In this document: positions 1 to 15,540 of the stretch, piece by piece
Layout: each line of letters starts with the position of its first letter
Position numbering within the stretch: the first letter of the stretch is position 1
Assembly (NCBI GenBank): GCA_964016885.1
Contig: OZ024749.1
Span: 15,376,001 to 15,440,000 of the forward strand
Reading direction: 5' to 3'
Source: Eledone cirrhosa
Lineage: Eukaryota
DNA length: 64,000 nt
The notes under the pieces: model-generated
Database searches by the model: none
The model's input: the letters and a program-made list of their open reading frames with translations, nothing else
What the model was told of the DNA's origin: nothing
Position numbers and translations under genes: made by a program

Positions 1-662
1 AATAACAGGTCCATTCATGTTGCCATCTCTTGGAAAACTGTTGATGGTGACATTTTGTGTATGATATATTTTTTTTTAGAAAAGTCGACGTCCATTTAAG
101 TTATTTTGACAAATTACTAAAGCACTCGACGTTAGGGACGTCACCCCTCGTAGATGTGGTATCCAGTGGTTGGCGCAGGAAACGGAGTAAAGTATTTAAA
201 ACAACATCAGAAGGCAGGACTGAAAGATGTGCTGTACATTTTAATTCTGGGGCCTGTCTTAACACAATTCTTTTTACAGGCAGTCCCCACGTCAAATTTT
301 CATTTTCCATTTTTCAATTTGCTATTCTCTTTTCCCTATCTTCCATGATAAGTATGGGTTCTACGTAATCCTATTTTGTAATTCTGTCGAAGCCCTGTCT
401 TGCATCATAAATGGATGATGGAGCTGAGCCATTGAAATATGTTTAGTGGTTTCACGGAATTAAAATTTACAGCATATCTTCCAGTACGGCCTTCTGTTGT
501 GGTTTTAACAGCTCGTCTGACCGCCTGCATATCAAATGATATCTACATCTCCTGTGGATTTTATCTGAAGATAATATATTTTGGCTTATGTTATACATAA
601 ACCTTGCATCTTCGAAATACGTATAAGAAAATAAATTGGAATGGACTGAAGTAACTGTCTTT

Positions 663-844
663 CGGTGGATTGGCAGTATCCGTGGAGGATCGGACGCCAT
701 GCTTTCCAACATAGAGTTATGTCCCTTTACGGTCTGAGTTCAAATCCCGCCGAGGTTAACTATGCCTAAAGTCCCAGTAACGTACTGCGGTTAATTTAAT
801 CGACTTTCCTATTCCCCAAAATTACTGGCCTTATACTAGAAATC

Positions 845-848
<4 letters not shown>
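663..848 (+). mobile_element. tRNA-derived SINE (octopod-type family)
   Basis: A-box-like ggtggattggcag, B-box-like gagttcaaatcc, body cgccgaggttaact; same family as 12361, 18251, 23700, 25809, 35824. Confidence 0.8.
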
Positions 849-924
<76 letters not shown>

Positions 925-1059
925 CAAAGATTAATATGGTTCGTTGATTATTCAACGAATACAAGTTTACAATAGATTAGAAGCACTCGACAAAACAATT
1001 TCCTGGAGTATTTAATATTATTCAAAATATTAATAAATGAAATATATTCTCATAATCAA

Positions 1060-1130
1060 AATATATATTTTATTATACATATTTCAAAGGTACAATGGTG
1101 TTTAAGTACGTTTTCATCAGACAAAATATA
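1060..1130 (-). ncRNA. degenerate hammerhead-like motif in PLE remnant
   Basis: minus strand tattttgt-CTGATGA-aaacg...ccttt-GAAA-tatgtataa-TA-aaaata; related copy at 30262-30335. Confidence 0.4.
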
Positions 1131-1499
1131 AGATTTGATATGCGACATACCGCTACAGTTTTGATGTCCTCTATATAATTCTATAGCAATCTATTTATCA
1201 CCTTAAAAGCCACCTGTACAGGCTTCCCTTAAGTCAGATCTACTGAGGAAATATCCTCCCATTTACACTCACCAGTTGGGCTGAGGAAAAGTGAAGAGGG
1301 GTATATTTAGCCTGTATATCGGCCCGGGGGCCGGGATGGAGCCATTCATATTTGATGGCCCTCTTACCTCTTAAAAATTAAAAAACACAGACAGCAAATG
1401 TTAGGGCACACAAACTGCATCTCAAAGACAGACCATTGTTTGTAGAAACAGAAATTATTTCAGCCCCTACCCCTTCAGCAACCTCAAAGTGCAAACCGC

Positions 1500-1920
1500 C
1501 ACTGCTAACAACAACAACAACCACAACGCCACTACCACCCATGCGCCACTACCACCGACACACCACAACACCAGCCAATCACAACAATCATCACCAACAA
1601 CAATAACACCACCATAACAACAACAGCAACAAAAACAACAACAACAACACCTCACCACAAACTACACCACCATCACCACCAACACCACTACCACAACAAG
1701 AACAACACAAGCACAACCACAACAACCACCCCAATGTCACAGCGCCATAAACTACACCACCACCGCCAACACCACCACACTACTACACCACCACCGCCGC
1801 CACCACCACCACCACCACATACATACATACACATACATATACATACACACACACCACATACATACACATACATATACATACATACATATATATACATAGA
1901 TATATATATATACATACAAA
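1500..1920. repeat. degenerate (CAA/CAC)n then (CATA)n microsatellite
   Basis: low-complexity sequence read directly. Confidence 0.9.
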
Positions 1921-2032
1921 TATATTACACAAAGAGAAGTGTGTTACACAGTGAGATGTATGTAAAGAATTATTACAAGTGAGTTTTACCGTTACTGAAA
2001 ACTGTGTAACACACTTCTCTTTGTGTAATATA
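1921..2032. repeat. inverted repeat, 32-bp arms
   Basis: tatattacacaaagagaagtgtgttacacagt ... actgtgtaacacacttctctttgtgtaatata. Confidence 0.85.
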
Positions 2033-2562
2033 TTTGTATCTGAGCTCAGAAGAAAATTCTCTATTCTTCTTTGAGCTAATATTATTATTATTACTGTGAA
2101 CTGCGGAATACTCTTAATTCCGACCCTAGTATATATATATACGTACATACATATATATATATACACACATATATATATACGTACATACATATATATATAT
2201 ATAAATATATATCCTAAACGGACGGTAGTCCGTTTAGTAATATTGTTGTGGTCGTGTTTTCGTTGGCAATCGTCTGTTTACGACAGTACAGCGCGGCTCT
2301 ACTTTATTTAACTGAGATAAAACTTATATGAGCATGAACAGTAGATCCTTACGCATCTTTTGGCTTAAAAATCTAGAAATTTGGTCCAGCGGGAAAAAGT
2401 TTATAATCAAAATTTGCTGATAAATCTTGTGTTCAAGTGAGTGAGTAGTAAGCGTGACGCTAGGGGAGGTAATCCAGAAATGACGTAGCTTTGTCATTAA
2501 GCCAGTTGCCTCAACTAGATTGCAATTATACTCAAAAGAACTTTAAAATGTCAATCACTTGT

Positions 2563-4101
2563 CAGTAATTCACTATGATCATTTAATTATTAGATAGTTG
2601 TTGCTTGCATTGCCTTAAAAAATAGTAGACCAGATAGAAAAATGCGTACAGCAAAAAAAAGTAATATTGTTGGAATATAAACCTTTAAAAATACAGGACA
2701 AGAAACTAAAATAAAACTTTAAAAGAATAGGACAAGAAACTAAGATAAAACTTTAAAAGAATAGGACAAGAAACTAAGATAAAACTTTAAAGAATTGGAC
2801 AAGAAATAAAAAATAGATGTAAGTTATATAGTAGTAATACTTTATCATTTTAACTTTTTAGAATGGACAAAAACCCATGCAAAGAAATGACTTTGACTGC
2901 AGTGATTCTCTCCAATTTACTTACAAAGCAAAACGTGGTCAAATACCTTATCATCTCTGATAAAATGCCCATTGAATCACTGAAAATCGGATGCATGGAA
3001 TTCCTCATAGTGGAGGAAGTTCAGTTGATCCACTTTTGAAAGGCTGTGATCACAGTAATTCACTATGATCATTTAATTATCAGATAGTTGTTGCTTGCAT
3101 TGCCTTAAAAAATAGTAGACCAGATAGAAAAATGCGTACAGCAAAAAAAAGTAATATTGTTGGAATATAAACCTTTAAAAATACAGGACAAGAAACTAAA
3201 ATAAAACTTTAAAAGAATAGGACAAGAAACTAAGATAAAACTTTAAAGAATTGGACAAGAAATAAAACATTTTACAATAATATTAGTGGCAACATTTTTT
3301 TATTCGTTTCCTGTGCTATGCCCCAGTATCTTCTTGATTAGTGCATAATAATTGTCATGCTCTCATTGTGCGTTGCCCCTGAGTGGTTGGTTCTGGTTGG
3401 GGTTGGTTGGCTGAGCAGTTCTGCTCCGTCAGAATGACCATTGCAAGAAGAATTGGCCGATGCAGCTGCAGGTCTCCTCCAAGAATGCACTTCTGGTCCC
3501 GCAACACCAGACGAAGATGGAGAAGACGACCGGGACAAGATGTCGACTCTGACCACCGACTACGGCACCTCCCTCTGTCCCGTCATCCCTCCAGTCCTCC
3601 TGCTCCCCCTTCCTGTACCAGAAAGCTGTGGCACGCATTCACCTGGACTGCCGGATTAGAACTCAAAGACAAGATGCAAGGAGAAGATGGACGGGTTGGT
3701 CAAGATCAAGGATGAGCGGGACGACAAGACCGTCCACTGCTGCTCAAGATCTGTGCTCATGGGCCCATGGGTCCATTCACATTATGCATGACACATGAGG
3801 CGTGTCGCCGAATGATGAAATAGGGGTATGGTTATGGCCCAATTGGTGTTCAAACCAGGATCAAATGATCCCCCCGGTCTGACAAGGACCTCTGAATGTG
3901 TAACCCAGAGCCTATGAATGTGGAACTCGATTTTTTACCAATAAAAATGTTGCCACTAATATTATTGTAAATTTTTTTATTTCTTGTCCAATTCTTTTCC
4001 TATTCTTTTAAAGTTTTATTTTAGTTTCTTGTCCTGTATTTTTAAAGCTTTATATTCCAACAATATTACTTTTTTTTGCTGTACGCATTTTTCTATCTGG
4101 T
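2563..4101. mobile_element. unclassified fold-back element: direct duplication (2563-2810 / 3054-3270) plus inverted arms (3119-3304 / 3940-4101) around a GC-richer core
   Basis: arms contain tandem ~34-bp modules ggacaagaaactaagataaaactttaaaagaata; right arm ends at (TA)n. Confidence 0.6.
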
Positions 4102-4149
4102 ATATATATATACGTACATACATATATATATATACATATATATATATAC

Positions 4150-4230
<81 letters not shown>

Positions 4231-4231
4231 T

Positions 4232-4812
4232 ATGGTGGCTGCCAACTCGTTTTCGAGTACGGCCACTACTTTATATCCATATAGGAGAACCCCTACCGAT
4301 GCGCTGAACGAGTGTGACTTTTTAGTCCAGCCAGCGACTTGAAAACTCTGGTACAAACACTACACCTGTGACAATTATTGACACATAGTGCTGGGCCCAT
4401 GGTACCATGTGATGACAAGTGCAGAGAGATCTCCAGATATAAAGCAATGCCTGAGCCGTGAAGCTTTTATAGTGAGCAAAGGCACTGCACAAAGCCAGTC
4501 CCACTCTCTTACCCAAGATGATATTTACCAAAAAGAAGAACAAGTCAACATCATTGGATACCATCAGAGTTGCAGGTGTTATATCAGAGTTTTCCTTCTC
4601 CTAGAATTCTGCATTGACAAAGTGATTTTGGATAGCCATTGACTCTTAAGAGCTCCTTCGCCAGGTTTTGTTTTTAGTCCTGCAGGATGTCCAAAGTCAC
4701 CCTCCTCACCAAGAAACCTTGGTGGGGTTGCCAGTTTAGTCCCCAACGACCCGACCATGAGACAGGTTGTACTGGGATACATGTTACCAGTAGCACCAAC
4801 TGGTGACCTGAC
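4232..4812 (-). mobile_element. short non-autonomous RTE-like retroelement
   Basis: minus strand has ctaggagaaggaaaactctg (RTE-type 5'UTR motif) and ends tggccgtactcgaaaacgagttggcagccacca+(TA)n; highly similar copies at 6295 and 58572. Confidence 0.6.
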
Positions 4813-4907
4813 ATAATATATACATACGTATATACATACATATATATATATACACGTACATATATATATACATATATATATATACATTCATATATATATA
4901 TATATGA

Positions 4908-5220
4908 TGGCTGCTCCCTCGTTATCGAGTATGGCCATTGCACGATACACCATTATAAATAATTATTAATTAATTCTATCGTGCAATGCCTGTGCATGAA
5001 GATATTTTTTAAAGTGAGGAAAGACTGTGCACTGAGCCAATCCCACTCTCTGAGCGACAGTAGCTATAACCCGAAAAGAAGAAAAGATCAACATCATCGC
5101 TAACTACTGAGCCGCAGGTTTTATATCGGAGTTATCCCAGTTTCCTGAGTTGCCTTCTCCTAGAAGAATGCCCTGCCAAAGGCTAGGTGTCCTTCACTCC
5201 CAGTGGTTTAACCGCGCGGT
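4908..5220 (-). mobile_element. related short RTE-like element (diverged family)
   Basis: ctaggagaaggcaactc motif and similar 3' end tggccatactcgataacgagggagcagcca+(TA)n. Confidence 0.5.
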
Positions 5221-5284
5221 ACATATATCCATACATACATACATACATACATACATACATACATACATACATACATACATACAT

Positions 5285-5903
5285 AATATGAAAGAGTACT
5301 GGTGGAATGTTCCAGTAAAAACCCCAATAAAATGCAGGCATAACAGACCAGATATTATGATATGGGACAGGGCGAAGAAAACATGCACAGTAGTGGAAAT
5401 TAGCTGCCCAGCAGATGCCAATATAATATCAAAGATTAGTGAAAAGGAGAATATTTATGCAGAACTGATGAGAAATCTGCAGATATTCCACCCTGATTAC
5501 ACCTTCAGATTTATACCTGTGATTATTGGGGCACTGGGATATTAGTAACTGCCTCAATACAAATCTTGAGAAGCTAGGAACAGAAAGAACACAACTAGTT
5601 AGGAAACTACAAGTACAATCCATTAATGGAACAGTAAAAATATGTAAAACATTTCAAAAATGTTGCATCTAATAACTACATATACACATGTACAGATACA
5701 AAGCATATACACATGCACACATACAACTCAAAACATACACTTCCACACATACAATAACATCCATATCTACACATGCATGCATACATACATATCTACCTAG
5801 TTGATGTTGTGTAAATTCCAATGAGAGAGTCTTGTGTCTATCTTAGAAACCGACTCTCTCTCTATTGGTAAAACTTTGTGCAATTATAAAACCAGAAGAA
5901 CAT
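5285..5903 (+). mobile_element. 3' fragment of RLE-type non-LTR retrotransposon (R4/Dong-like) with 3'UTR
   Basis: WWNVPVKT..HNRPDIMIWD..VVEISCPAD..EKENIY..FIPVIIGALG = PD-(D/E)xK restriction-like endonuclease; follows a (CATA)n tract. Confidence 0.8.
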
Positions 5904-6216
5904 ACATTAACACGAAATACCAGATTCACAAAAGAGATAGGGATGCAGGCAAAATACCTAGATGTGACAACATATGGAAACTCTGCAGAATTAACATCGA
6001 AGATGTCACCCATGTCATCAGCTGCTGTCCAAAGATGTCATCGCGGTACTATCTACCTATGAGGCATGCTGTAGTGGCCCAAACACTGTACAATGCAATC
6101 CGTAGAAAAGATAGCCCCGATAATAAACACATTAAAAGCTACAGCAATGTGGAAGACATCCATATACATAATTCAAAAGGGTAAAAATTTGGGAAATTAT
6201 AAATCCAGAAGAACAT
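5903..6216 (+). mobile_element. second fragment of the same RLE family (CCHC knuckle region joined to a 3' end)
   Basis: KLCRINIEDVTHVISCC..YLPMRHAVVA; ends aattataaatccagaagaaca like 5882-5903, then (CATA)n. Confidence 0.7.
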
Positions 6217-6294
6217 ATATATTACATACATACGTACGTACGTACATACATACATACATACATCCATCCATCCATCCATACATACATACATACA

Positions 6295-6785
6295 TGGTGG
6301 CTGCCAACTCGTTTTCGAGTACGGCCACTACTTTATATCCATGTAGGAGAACCCCTACCTATGCGCTGAACGAGTGTGACTTTTTAGTCCAGCCAGCGAC
6401 TTGAAAACTCTGGTACAAACACTACATTTGTGACAATTATTGACACATAGTGCTGGGCCCATAGTACCATGTGACGACAAGTGCAGAGAGATCTCCAGAT
6501 ATAAAGCAATGCCTGTGCCGTGAAGCTTTTATAGTGAGCAAAGACACTGCACAAAGCCAGTCCCACTCTCTTAGCCAAGATGATATTTACCAAAAAGAAA
6601 AACAAGTCAACATCATTGGATACCATCAGGGTTGCAGGTGTTATATCAGAGTTTTCCTTCTCCTAGAATTCTGCCTTGACAAAGGCTAATGGGTCATCTC
6701 TCCCGGTGATTTTGGATGGCCATTGACTCTTAAGAGCTCCTTTGCCCTTTGACAGGTTTTGTTTATAGTCCTGCAGGATGTCCAA
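6295..6785 (-). mobile_element. short non-autonomous RTE-like element copy 2
   Basis: highly similar to 4232-4695. Confidence 0.6.
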
Positions 6786-7053
6786 ATACAATTATTTAAA
6801 AAAAAAGCCAACAATTTGAGCCACTCTTTCTTTCCACATCAAAGAGAAAGAACTCTCGAACACGAACCAGATACGAGACAAACCACAAACTCTCCATCTC
6901 AATTCTACTTTTGAAACGCATAAGAAATGTGAAACCGGTGAAAGAAATAAAGAAATATTCTTAAAAAGACTCCAGCTGCATTTTTTATTTCTTTTCCTTA
7001 TACTTTCACTCGTGCAGGACATCAAATTTTTATTTAAAAAAACCCCTCATTTT

Positions 7054-7114
<61 letters not shown>

Positions 7115-7118
<4 letters not shown>

Positions 7119-8830
7119 GGAAAAATTTGAACAGGAACAAAACAGAGGCAGTACAACAAATGTTTATTAATTTCACGCTCTGGAGAGTGGGGTGGTGGTG
7201 GGGAACGACGTTTCGGGCATAAGCCCTTCCTCAGGTGAGAAGTGTGTGGGAACAGAGTTCAAAGGGTGTGTAGGGGAGTGGTGGAGAGACATATAGCGAA
7301 AGGAAACGGTGCGAATGAAATTAAAAATAAAAATAAAAATAAAGCATGATCAAAATACAAGGAATGAAATAAAATTAAATATAAAAGCATGATCAAAATA
7401 AACTGAAATTAAAAAGGGGTAAAACAGGTGGTGGAAGGGTGTGGGGTGTGTAGGGGTGGTGGCGGGTGGAGTGGGGAGAGGGAGACGGGGTGTCCGAGCG
7501 GGGAGGGCTGAAGGTGGTGTGTGTGTGTAGGTGTACGTGTGTGTGTGTGTGTGTATGTGAAAGTAAGGGTTGGGGGAAGAACGGGGTTGCATGTTCAGGA
7601 AGAGGTGTGTGTGTGTATGTGTGTGTGTGTGTGTGGGGGGGGTTGTAGGTCGAAGTGTCTGTGCGTGTGTGGATAGAAGGGTGGGGGGAGAGGAATCAGG
7701 AGGCTGAGGGTGTAAATATGTGGTGGAAAGCACGTGTGTGTGGGGTTTAAGCGTGTTGTGGGTGTAGATGGCGTGTGGGAGAAAAAACATTTTTTGTGTG
7801 TGTGTGTGGGTGAGTTATATAGGTGATTCCGTAAGAGGATGGTTGAAATGTTGGTAAATTCCTATGATGTTTAGTAGATTCCGTGGTGGTCAAGTTCCAC
7901 ATACGAGTATTCCATGAAGAGATGGTCGGAAGAGGAGAGATGTGGGGTGCGCGCGCAACAGGAAGTGGTCAAGCGGTGGGAGTGCTGTGTGTCTGTTTGT
8001 GCTGGGAGGTGGTCAGAGGGCATAGCAGCAGTCGGTGGAATGGTAAAGGGGCGAGGATGGGTAGGTGTGAAAGTTGGAGTGAGGAGGGTGTGTGTGTGTA
8101 TTAGTGGAGGTGTTAGTGGGATGAGTGAGTGTGGAGCGAGGGTGTGGGTGGAGCAGGGAGAGAAGGGTGTGTGTAGTTCTATGGAGGGAGTGTGGTGTAC
8201 TGGTGTGTGTGTAGTTTGATGAAGGGGGTGTTAGTGGGTGTTAGTATACGGGAGGTGGGGAAGGGTTGAATGCAGGTGTGAGTGGGGGTTAGTGGTGGTA
8301 GGGTGTGTAGAGTTGGTGGTGTACGAGGGTGTGTGGGTACGTGTGCGTGGGGTTGGGGGGTGTTAGTGATGTTAGTTGCGTGTGGGGTGGGTGGTGTAAG
8401 TGGGTGCGTGTGTTCGTGTGCTTGGGGTCAGGGGGTGTTAGTGGGGTTAGTTGCGGGGTGGTGGGATGGAGGTGTGGGGTGAGGGTTAGTGGTGGTAGTA
8501 GGGTGTGTGTTTAGTGTGAGCGCGTGTATATATGTGCCAGTGGGTGTGTGCGTGTGATAAGGAGGGGGGGAGAAGAAGGGAGGGATGTTAGTATGTTAGT
8601 TGGGGAAGGGTGGTCGGATGAGGGGTGGAGTGGAGGTGTTAGTATTGTTAGTTGTGGGGTGGGCGGTGAAAAGGAGGGGTGTGTTAGTGGTGTTAGTGGG
8701 GGATAAGTGTGGGGGGAGGGGGGCGGTCGAAGGCTAAAGGAATAAGGGTGGGGAGTTCAGGCCGGGGGAAGTGTGGGTCTGTAAGATGAAGATAGTTCTT
8801 TGTTCGACTCTAAGGCGATTGGCGGGTGTT
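7115..8830 (-). mobile_element. 3' end of Penelope-like element: GIY-YIG C-terminus, long C/A-rich 3'UTR, HHR
   Basis: minus 8830-8750 reads PANRLRVEQRTIFILQTH..GLN; HHR-like CTGAGGA-agggcttatgccc-GAAACGTC at 7240-7205; AATAAA downstream. Confidence 0.6.
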
Positions 8831-8834
8831 TATA

Positions 8835-11495
<2,661 letters not shown>

Positions 11496-11879
11496 ATATA
11501 TATATATAGGTAAAGAGGCAGGCTGTGTGGTTACTGCAAACAAAGTGTAAGAAGGTAATAGGGACGTAAACAAGAGAAGAAAAGTTGCCCTTCATCAGCT
11601 GTTTACTGCGTATCATAGATGTTTCGGTACTTAAAACAGAGCATCGATCTACAGCGCACCCGAGGCGTTTTATCCATCAAAAGGCCACGAGGGAAAGAAA
11701 TGATAGTGAAGAGAAAGGAAGAAAGTAAAAAAAGGAAAGAGGAAAAAACGTAGTAAACATACCGAATAGAAGGGGGAACACAGGACTATGGCACATGTAT
11801 GTGAGTAACCGAGGAGAAAATAGAATAAGTTATAACGTACGGGTGGGTGTAAGCCCGGTGGCCGTATAATATATATATA

Positions 11880-12029
11880 TATAGGAACGAGTAGGACCCC
11901 GACGGCTGAGCTCAAGCCGTTTCGACGGCTAATTATGGACTAGTCGTTCCTATTACCCACTCTACTACCCTAAGTATTGAGTACTTTGGTGCGTTATGGT
12001 CCATCCGGTTCCTTACCACATTTCCTTCG

Positions 12030-12030
<1 letters not shown>
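11880..12030 (+). mobile_element. short PLE-like fold-back remnant, family shared with 13300-13490 and 43011-43208
   Basis: shared tail ttcctattacccactctactaccctaagtattgagtactttggtgcgttatggtccatc. Confidence 0.6.
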
Positions 12031-12070
<40 letters not shown>

Positions 12071-12209
12071 TTAATTGATCAAAAGAACATCTATTTTATT
12101 AATATTTGTATTTTAATATTAATAACTCTGGAAAATTATTTCCTGTAGAGTGCTTCCAATCTACTGTAAAACTCATTCTTTGATGTACTCATTGAATCTT
12201 GTTTAACTC

Positions 12210-12284
<75 letters not shown>

Positions 12285-12360
12285 AAGAATGAAGAGTAAC
12301 ATGGTTGGCTGTACAATAAGGGGCTTGAAGTTGCGTCACTCGATCTTCAATACATTATTT

Positions 12361-12545
12361 TGGATTGGCAGTATCGGTAGAGGGTCGGACGCCATGCTTT
12401 GCAGCATAGTTACGTCCCTTTACGGACTGAGTTCAAATCCCGCCGAGGTTAACTTTGCCTATCATCCTTACGGGGTCGATAAAATAAAATACCAGTAATA
12501 GACTGGGATAATTGCTGGCCTTGTGCCAAAAGTGGAAACAATTAT
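12361..12545 (+). mobile_element. tRNA-derived SINE inserted inside an inverted-repeat element (arms 12281-12327 / 12623-12670)
   Basis: SINE family motifs; arms gagtaacatggttggctgtacaa / ttgtacagccagccatgttactc. Confidence 0.75.
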
Positions 12546-12849
12546 TTACCTCTCGTAAACACATGCGATTAGCGACCTCTAGACTCACCTGATCAACGAA
12601 ACAATTGTCAGTACTTAAAATAAAGCCCCTTGTTGTACAGCCAGCCATGTTACTCCTCAATCTTCCACTATTATTACTCCAAGTATAACCTGCATAGGAA
12701 TCACCGCGAGCTCGCTGCATAACTATGGAAGCATCTTGTTGAGTCAAACAAAGCCGTACGTTAAAACTATCCACGACATACTGTACTCACAACCTCTAAC
12801 TGGATTACCTATAACGTTAATTTGTTATCCCATATATATATATATATAT

Positions 12850-13290
12850 TTAAAAAAATAGAGGTGTAACACACGAGTTGTGATATATGAGTAAAAGGAA
12901 AAGAAAATGCTGACAAATTTTTCCCAGTGAAAAATAGTTTAATTAAGAATAAGTATAAATTAGTAATAAGTATTGGTTAGTATTCAGTTTTAGTTTAAAG
13001 TTTTTACCGGTTGCGCATTTTTAATGCTTTTCAAAAATAATTTTGAGATAGAGCGCTCGTGATGTTTGCTCTCATCTGATGAGTTTTGGAAATTCTTCCT
13101 GTTTTATGTGAAAAAAGTGGCTCCAGAGGTATTAAGATTTGGTTGGTTGTTGAATGTCACGTGAATAAGTACTATAAATTTCGCGCCAATTCGTGTTGCA
13201 AAAATTCTTGTAGTCAAAACAATTTTGATTGGTCAGTAGAGGTCACATGAATGTTAAAAATTGATTTTGCGCCAAATGTAGGTTTATATA
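12850..13290 (-). mobile_element. PLE pseudo-LTR remnant with degenerate U3:A8 hammerhead at 13001-13038
   Basis: minus ttt-TTGAAAA-gcat taaaa atgc-GCAA-ccgg-TA-aaaa; CCAAT-box-like motifs upstream. Confidence 0.5.
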
Positions 13291-13513
13291 TATATATATA
13301 ACAAAGAGGGTGACGTAAGATACCAGATGGACCATAACGCACGAGAGTACTCAATACTTAGGGTAGTAGAGTGGGTAATAGGAAAAGAGTCAGGATCCAG
13401 ACGACTGAGATCCGGCCGTTTCAACAGCTAGATTCGAGTTCGGATCTTCTTGTTGAAACGACCGGAGCTCAACCGTCGGGGTCCTGACCCCCCCCCCCCC
13501 CCACAAACACATG

Positions 13514-13546
<33 letters not shown>

Positions 13547-13836
13547 GAGGTTTGCATATATAAAGGCTTACAAATGTTTGCGCCTAGAAAAAAGTTAGAG
13601 GTAGGTTTAAATAAAATAAAAACCACGCTAAGAGGAAGAAATATCGTTTATCCAGAGATTTGTTTATGTTGAGCTGAGGAAGATCCTGAGACAAGACGGA
13701 CGGAATTAAATATTATACATCCGTTTCACACAAAAAAGGCCATTAAACATTGAAATTAATATTACAGAAGTAATATGACTTATATTTTTAATAAAAATAG
13801 GATAAAGCGCCTACATTAAAAAAAAACATTATTTAT

Positions 13837-14187
13837 TATATTTTAGTTTGTTTTATGATTTTATGCAAGGACGAAAATACGGGTAACACATTGAAAATAT
13901 TACCTCGAATTGAGAAATACTTCAATATGAATATAAAGACGGTGTGTGTGACATATATACCCACATATACAGGTGTCCCCAAAATATGTATACACACTTT
14001 AATTAGAATGCTGTTGAAGTGTGTATACATATTTTGGGGACACCCTATATATGTGGGTATATATGTGTATGCTCACACACACCGTGTTTATATTCATATT
14101 GAAGTATTTCTCAATTCGAGGTAATATTATCAATGTCTTACCCGTATTTTCGTCCTTGCATAAAATCATAAAACAAACTAAAATATA
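13837..14187. repeat. ~350-bp hairpin with a central ~80-bp Tc1/mariner-type mini-MITE (13968-14048)
   Basis: arms tatattttagtttgttttatgatt... / ...aatcataaaacaaactaaaatata; centre TAcaggtgtccccaaaatatgtatacac...gtgtatacatattttggggacaccctaTA. Confidence 0.8.
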
Positions 14188-14350
14188 TATTTTTAAAATT
14201 AGGAGCTTTATCCTTCTACCCGTTATATATATATATTATATATATATATATAATGACATATTTAGTTTAGAACCTAACAGAGATTGAACCCCAGATCTCC
14301 AGACCAGATCTCCGCCATCTCTAATTCCTACCACTAGGCCACCGACACGG

Positions 14351-14427
<77 letters not shown>

Positions 14428-14433
<6 letters not shown>

Positions 14434-14811
14434 TAGCGGATCTACTGCGAGCTCAACGGTTTCGGCTAGTTACCTCTTCATAGGTAACTAGCAACGCCTA
14501 TCTATCTAGTTATTGTAAAATCATTTAACCTTTAACTCCACAAAATTCTGGTATAGTCACAGCCTCTGTCTTGCGAGGCTCTCACCTGCGGGTAGCCAAC
14601 TCCTTGCCGATGATGGTGAGTAGGGAGGCGGTCCTAGAGCCACGGAATCAGAACTCGCCACTGCTAATGGCTCGACCGCAAACCTGTCGGAGAGCGACCG
14701 ATCTTTGGGGAGTTTACCCTCCTCGGCCCAAAGTGCAGCAGAGCCTGGATTAGTCGCAGACTACACCAGGTTACCAAAACCGCCGAGCTCCCGGTTGATC
14801 CTCTACTTTCA
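14428..14811. mobile_element. short element with imperfect inverted ends bearing HHR 3'-half-like motif
   Basis: tgaaagtagcggatctactgcgagctcaacggtttcgg vs ccaaaaccgccgagctcccggttgatcctctactttca. Confidence 0.45.
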
Positions 14812-14896
14812 TATACACACTCTGCTTCTTGTCATGTATTGAGTACTTCTTTGATTTGTGGTCTTCCCCGTCCCAGTATCGCCGACTATCAATATG

Positions 14897-15030
<134 letters not shown>

Positions 15031-15074
15031 GAGAGAGTGAGAGAGTAGACTGGAAGGTAATATCCGTAGTGGTA

Positions 15075-15307
15075 GAGCAACGATGGTTGCCGAACACTGT
15101 ACGGCTTAATTCGGGTTGTTTGTTTACAAACAAACCGAACATTATAATAAATGTTCGGTAAACCCATACGTACATATATATATGTGTGCATGTATGTATG
15201 TATATATATAATACTTTACGTCTGTATACGTATATGTATGTACGTATACATACTTACATTTAAGTGTCAGCCGTACTAAGAGTGAGAAATGAAATTTCAT
15301 TTTTTCC

Positions 15308-15362
<55 letters not shown>

Positions 15363-15540
15363 TATGTATACGTACATACATATATGTATACAGACGTACA
15401 GTAGTATGTATATATATACATACATGCACACATATATATATGTACGTATGGATTCACCGAACATTTACTACAATGCTCGGTGTGTTTGTAAAGAAACAGC
15501 CCGAATTAAGCCGTACAGTGTCTAGCAACCATCGTTGCTC
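15075..15540. repeat. inverted repeat, ~180-bp arms around (TA)n
   Basis: gagcaacgatggttgccgaacactgtacggcttaattcggg / cccgaattaagccgtacagtgtctagcaaccatcgttgctc. Confidence 0.8.

Noticed and set aside
1-660. Possible coding remnant on the minus strand
   Set aside because: Multiple stops and no recognisable motif; needs BLASTX
11560-11630. Minus-strand CTGATGA and GAAA motifs
   Set aside because: Order and pairing do not give a convincing hammerhead fold
13076-13100. CTGATGA...GAAA on the + strand
   Set aside because: No stem II or stem III
14270-14352. tRNA gene on the minus strand
   Set aside because: Only a degenerate tRNA-like head with an internal duplication; likely a SINE fragment
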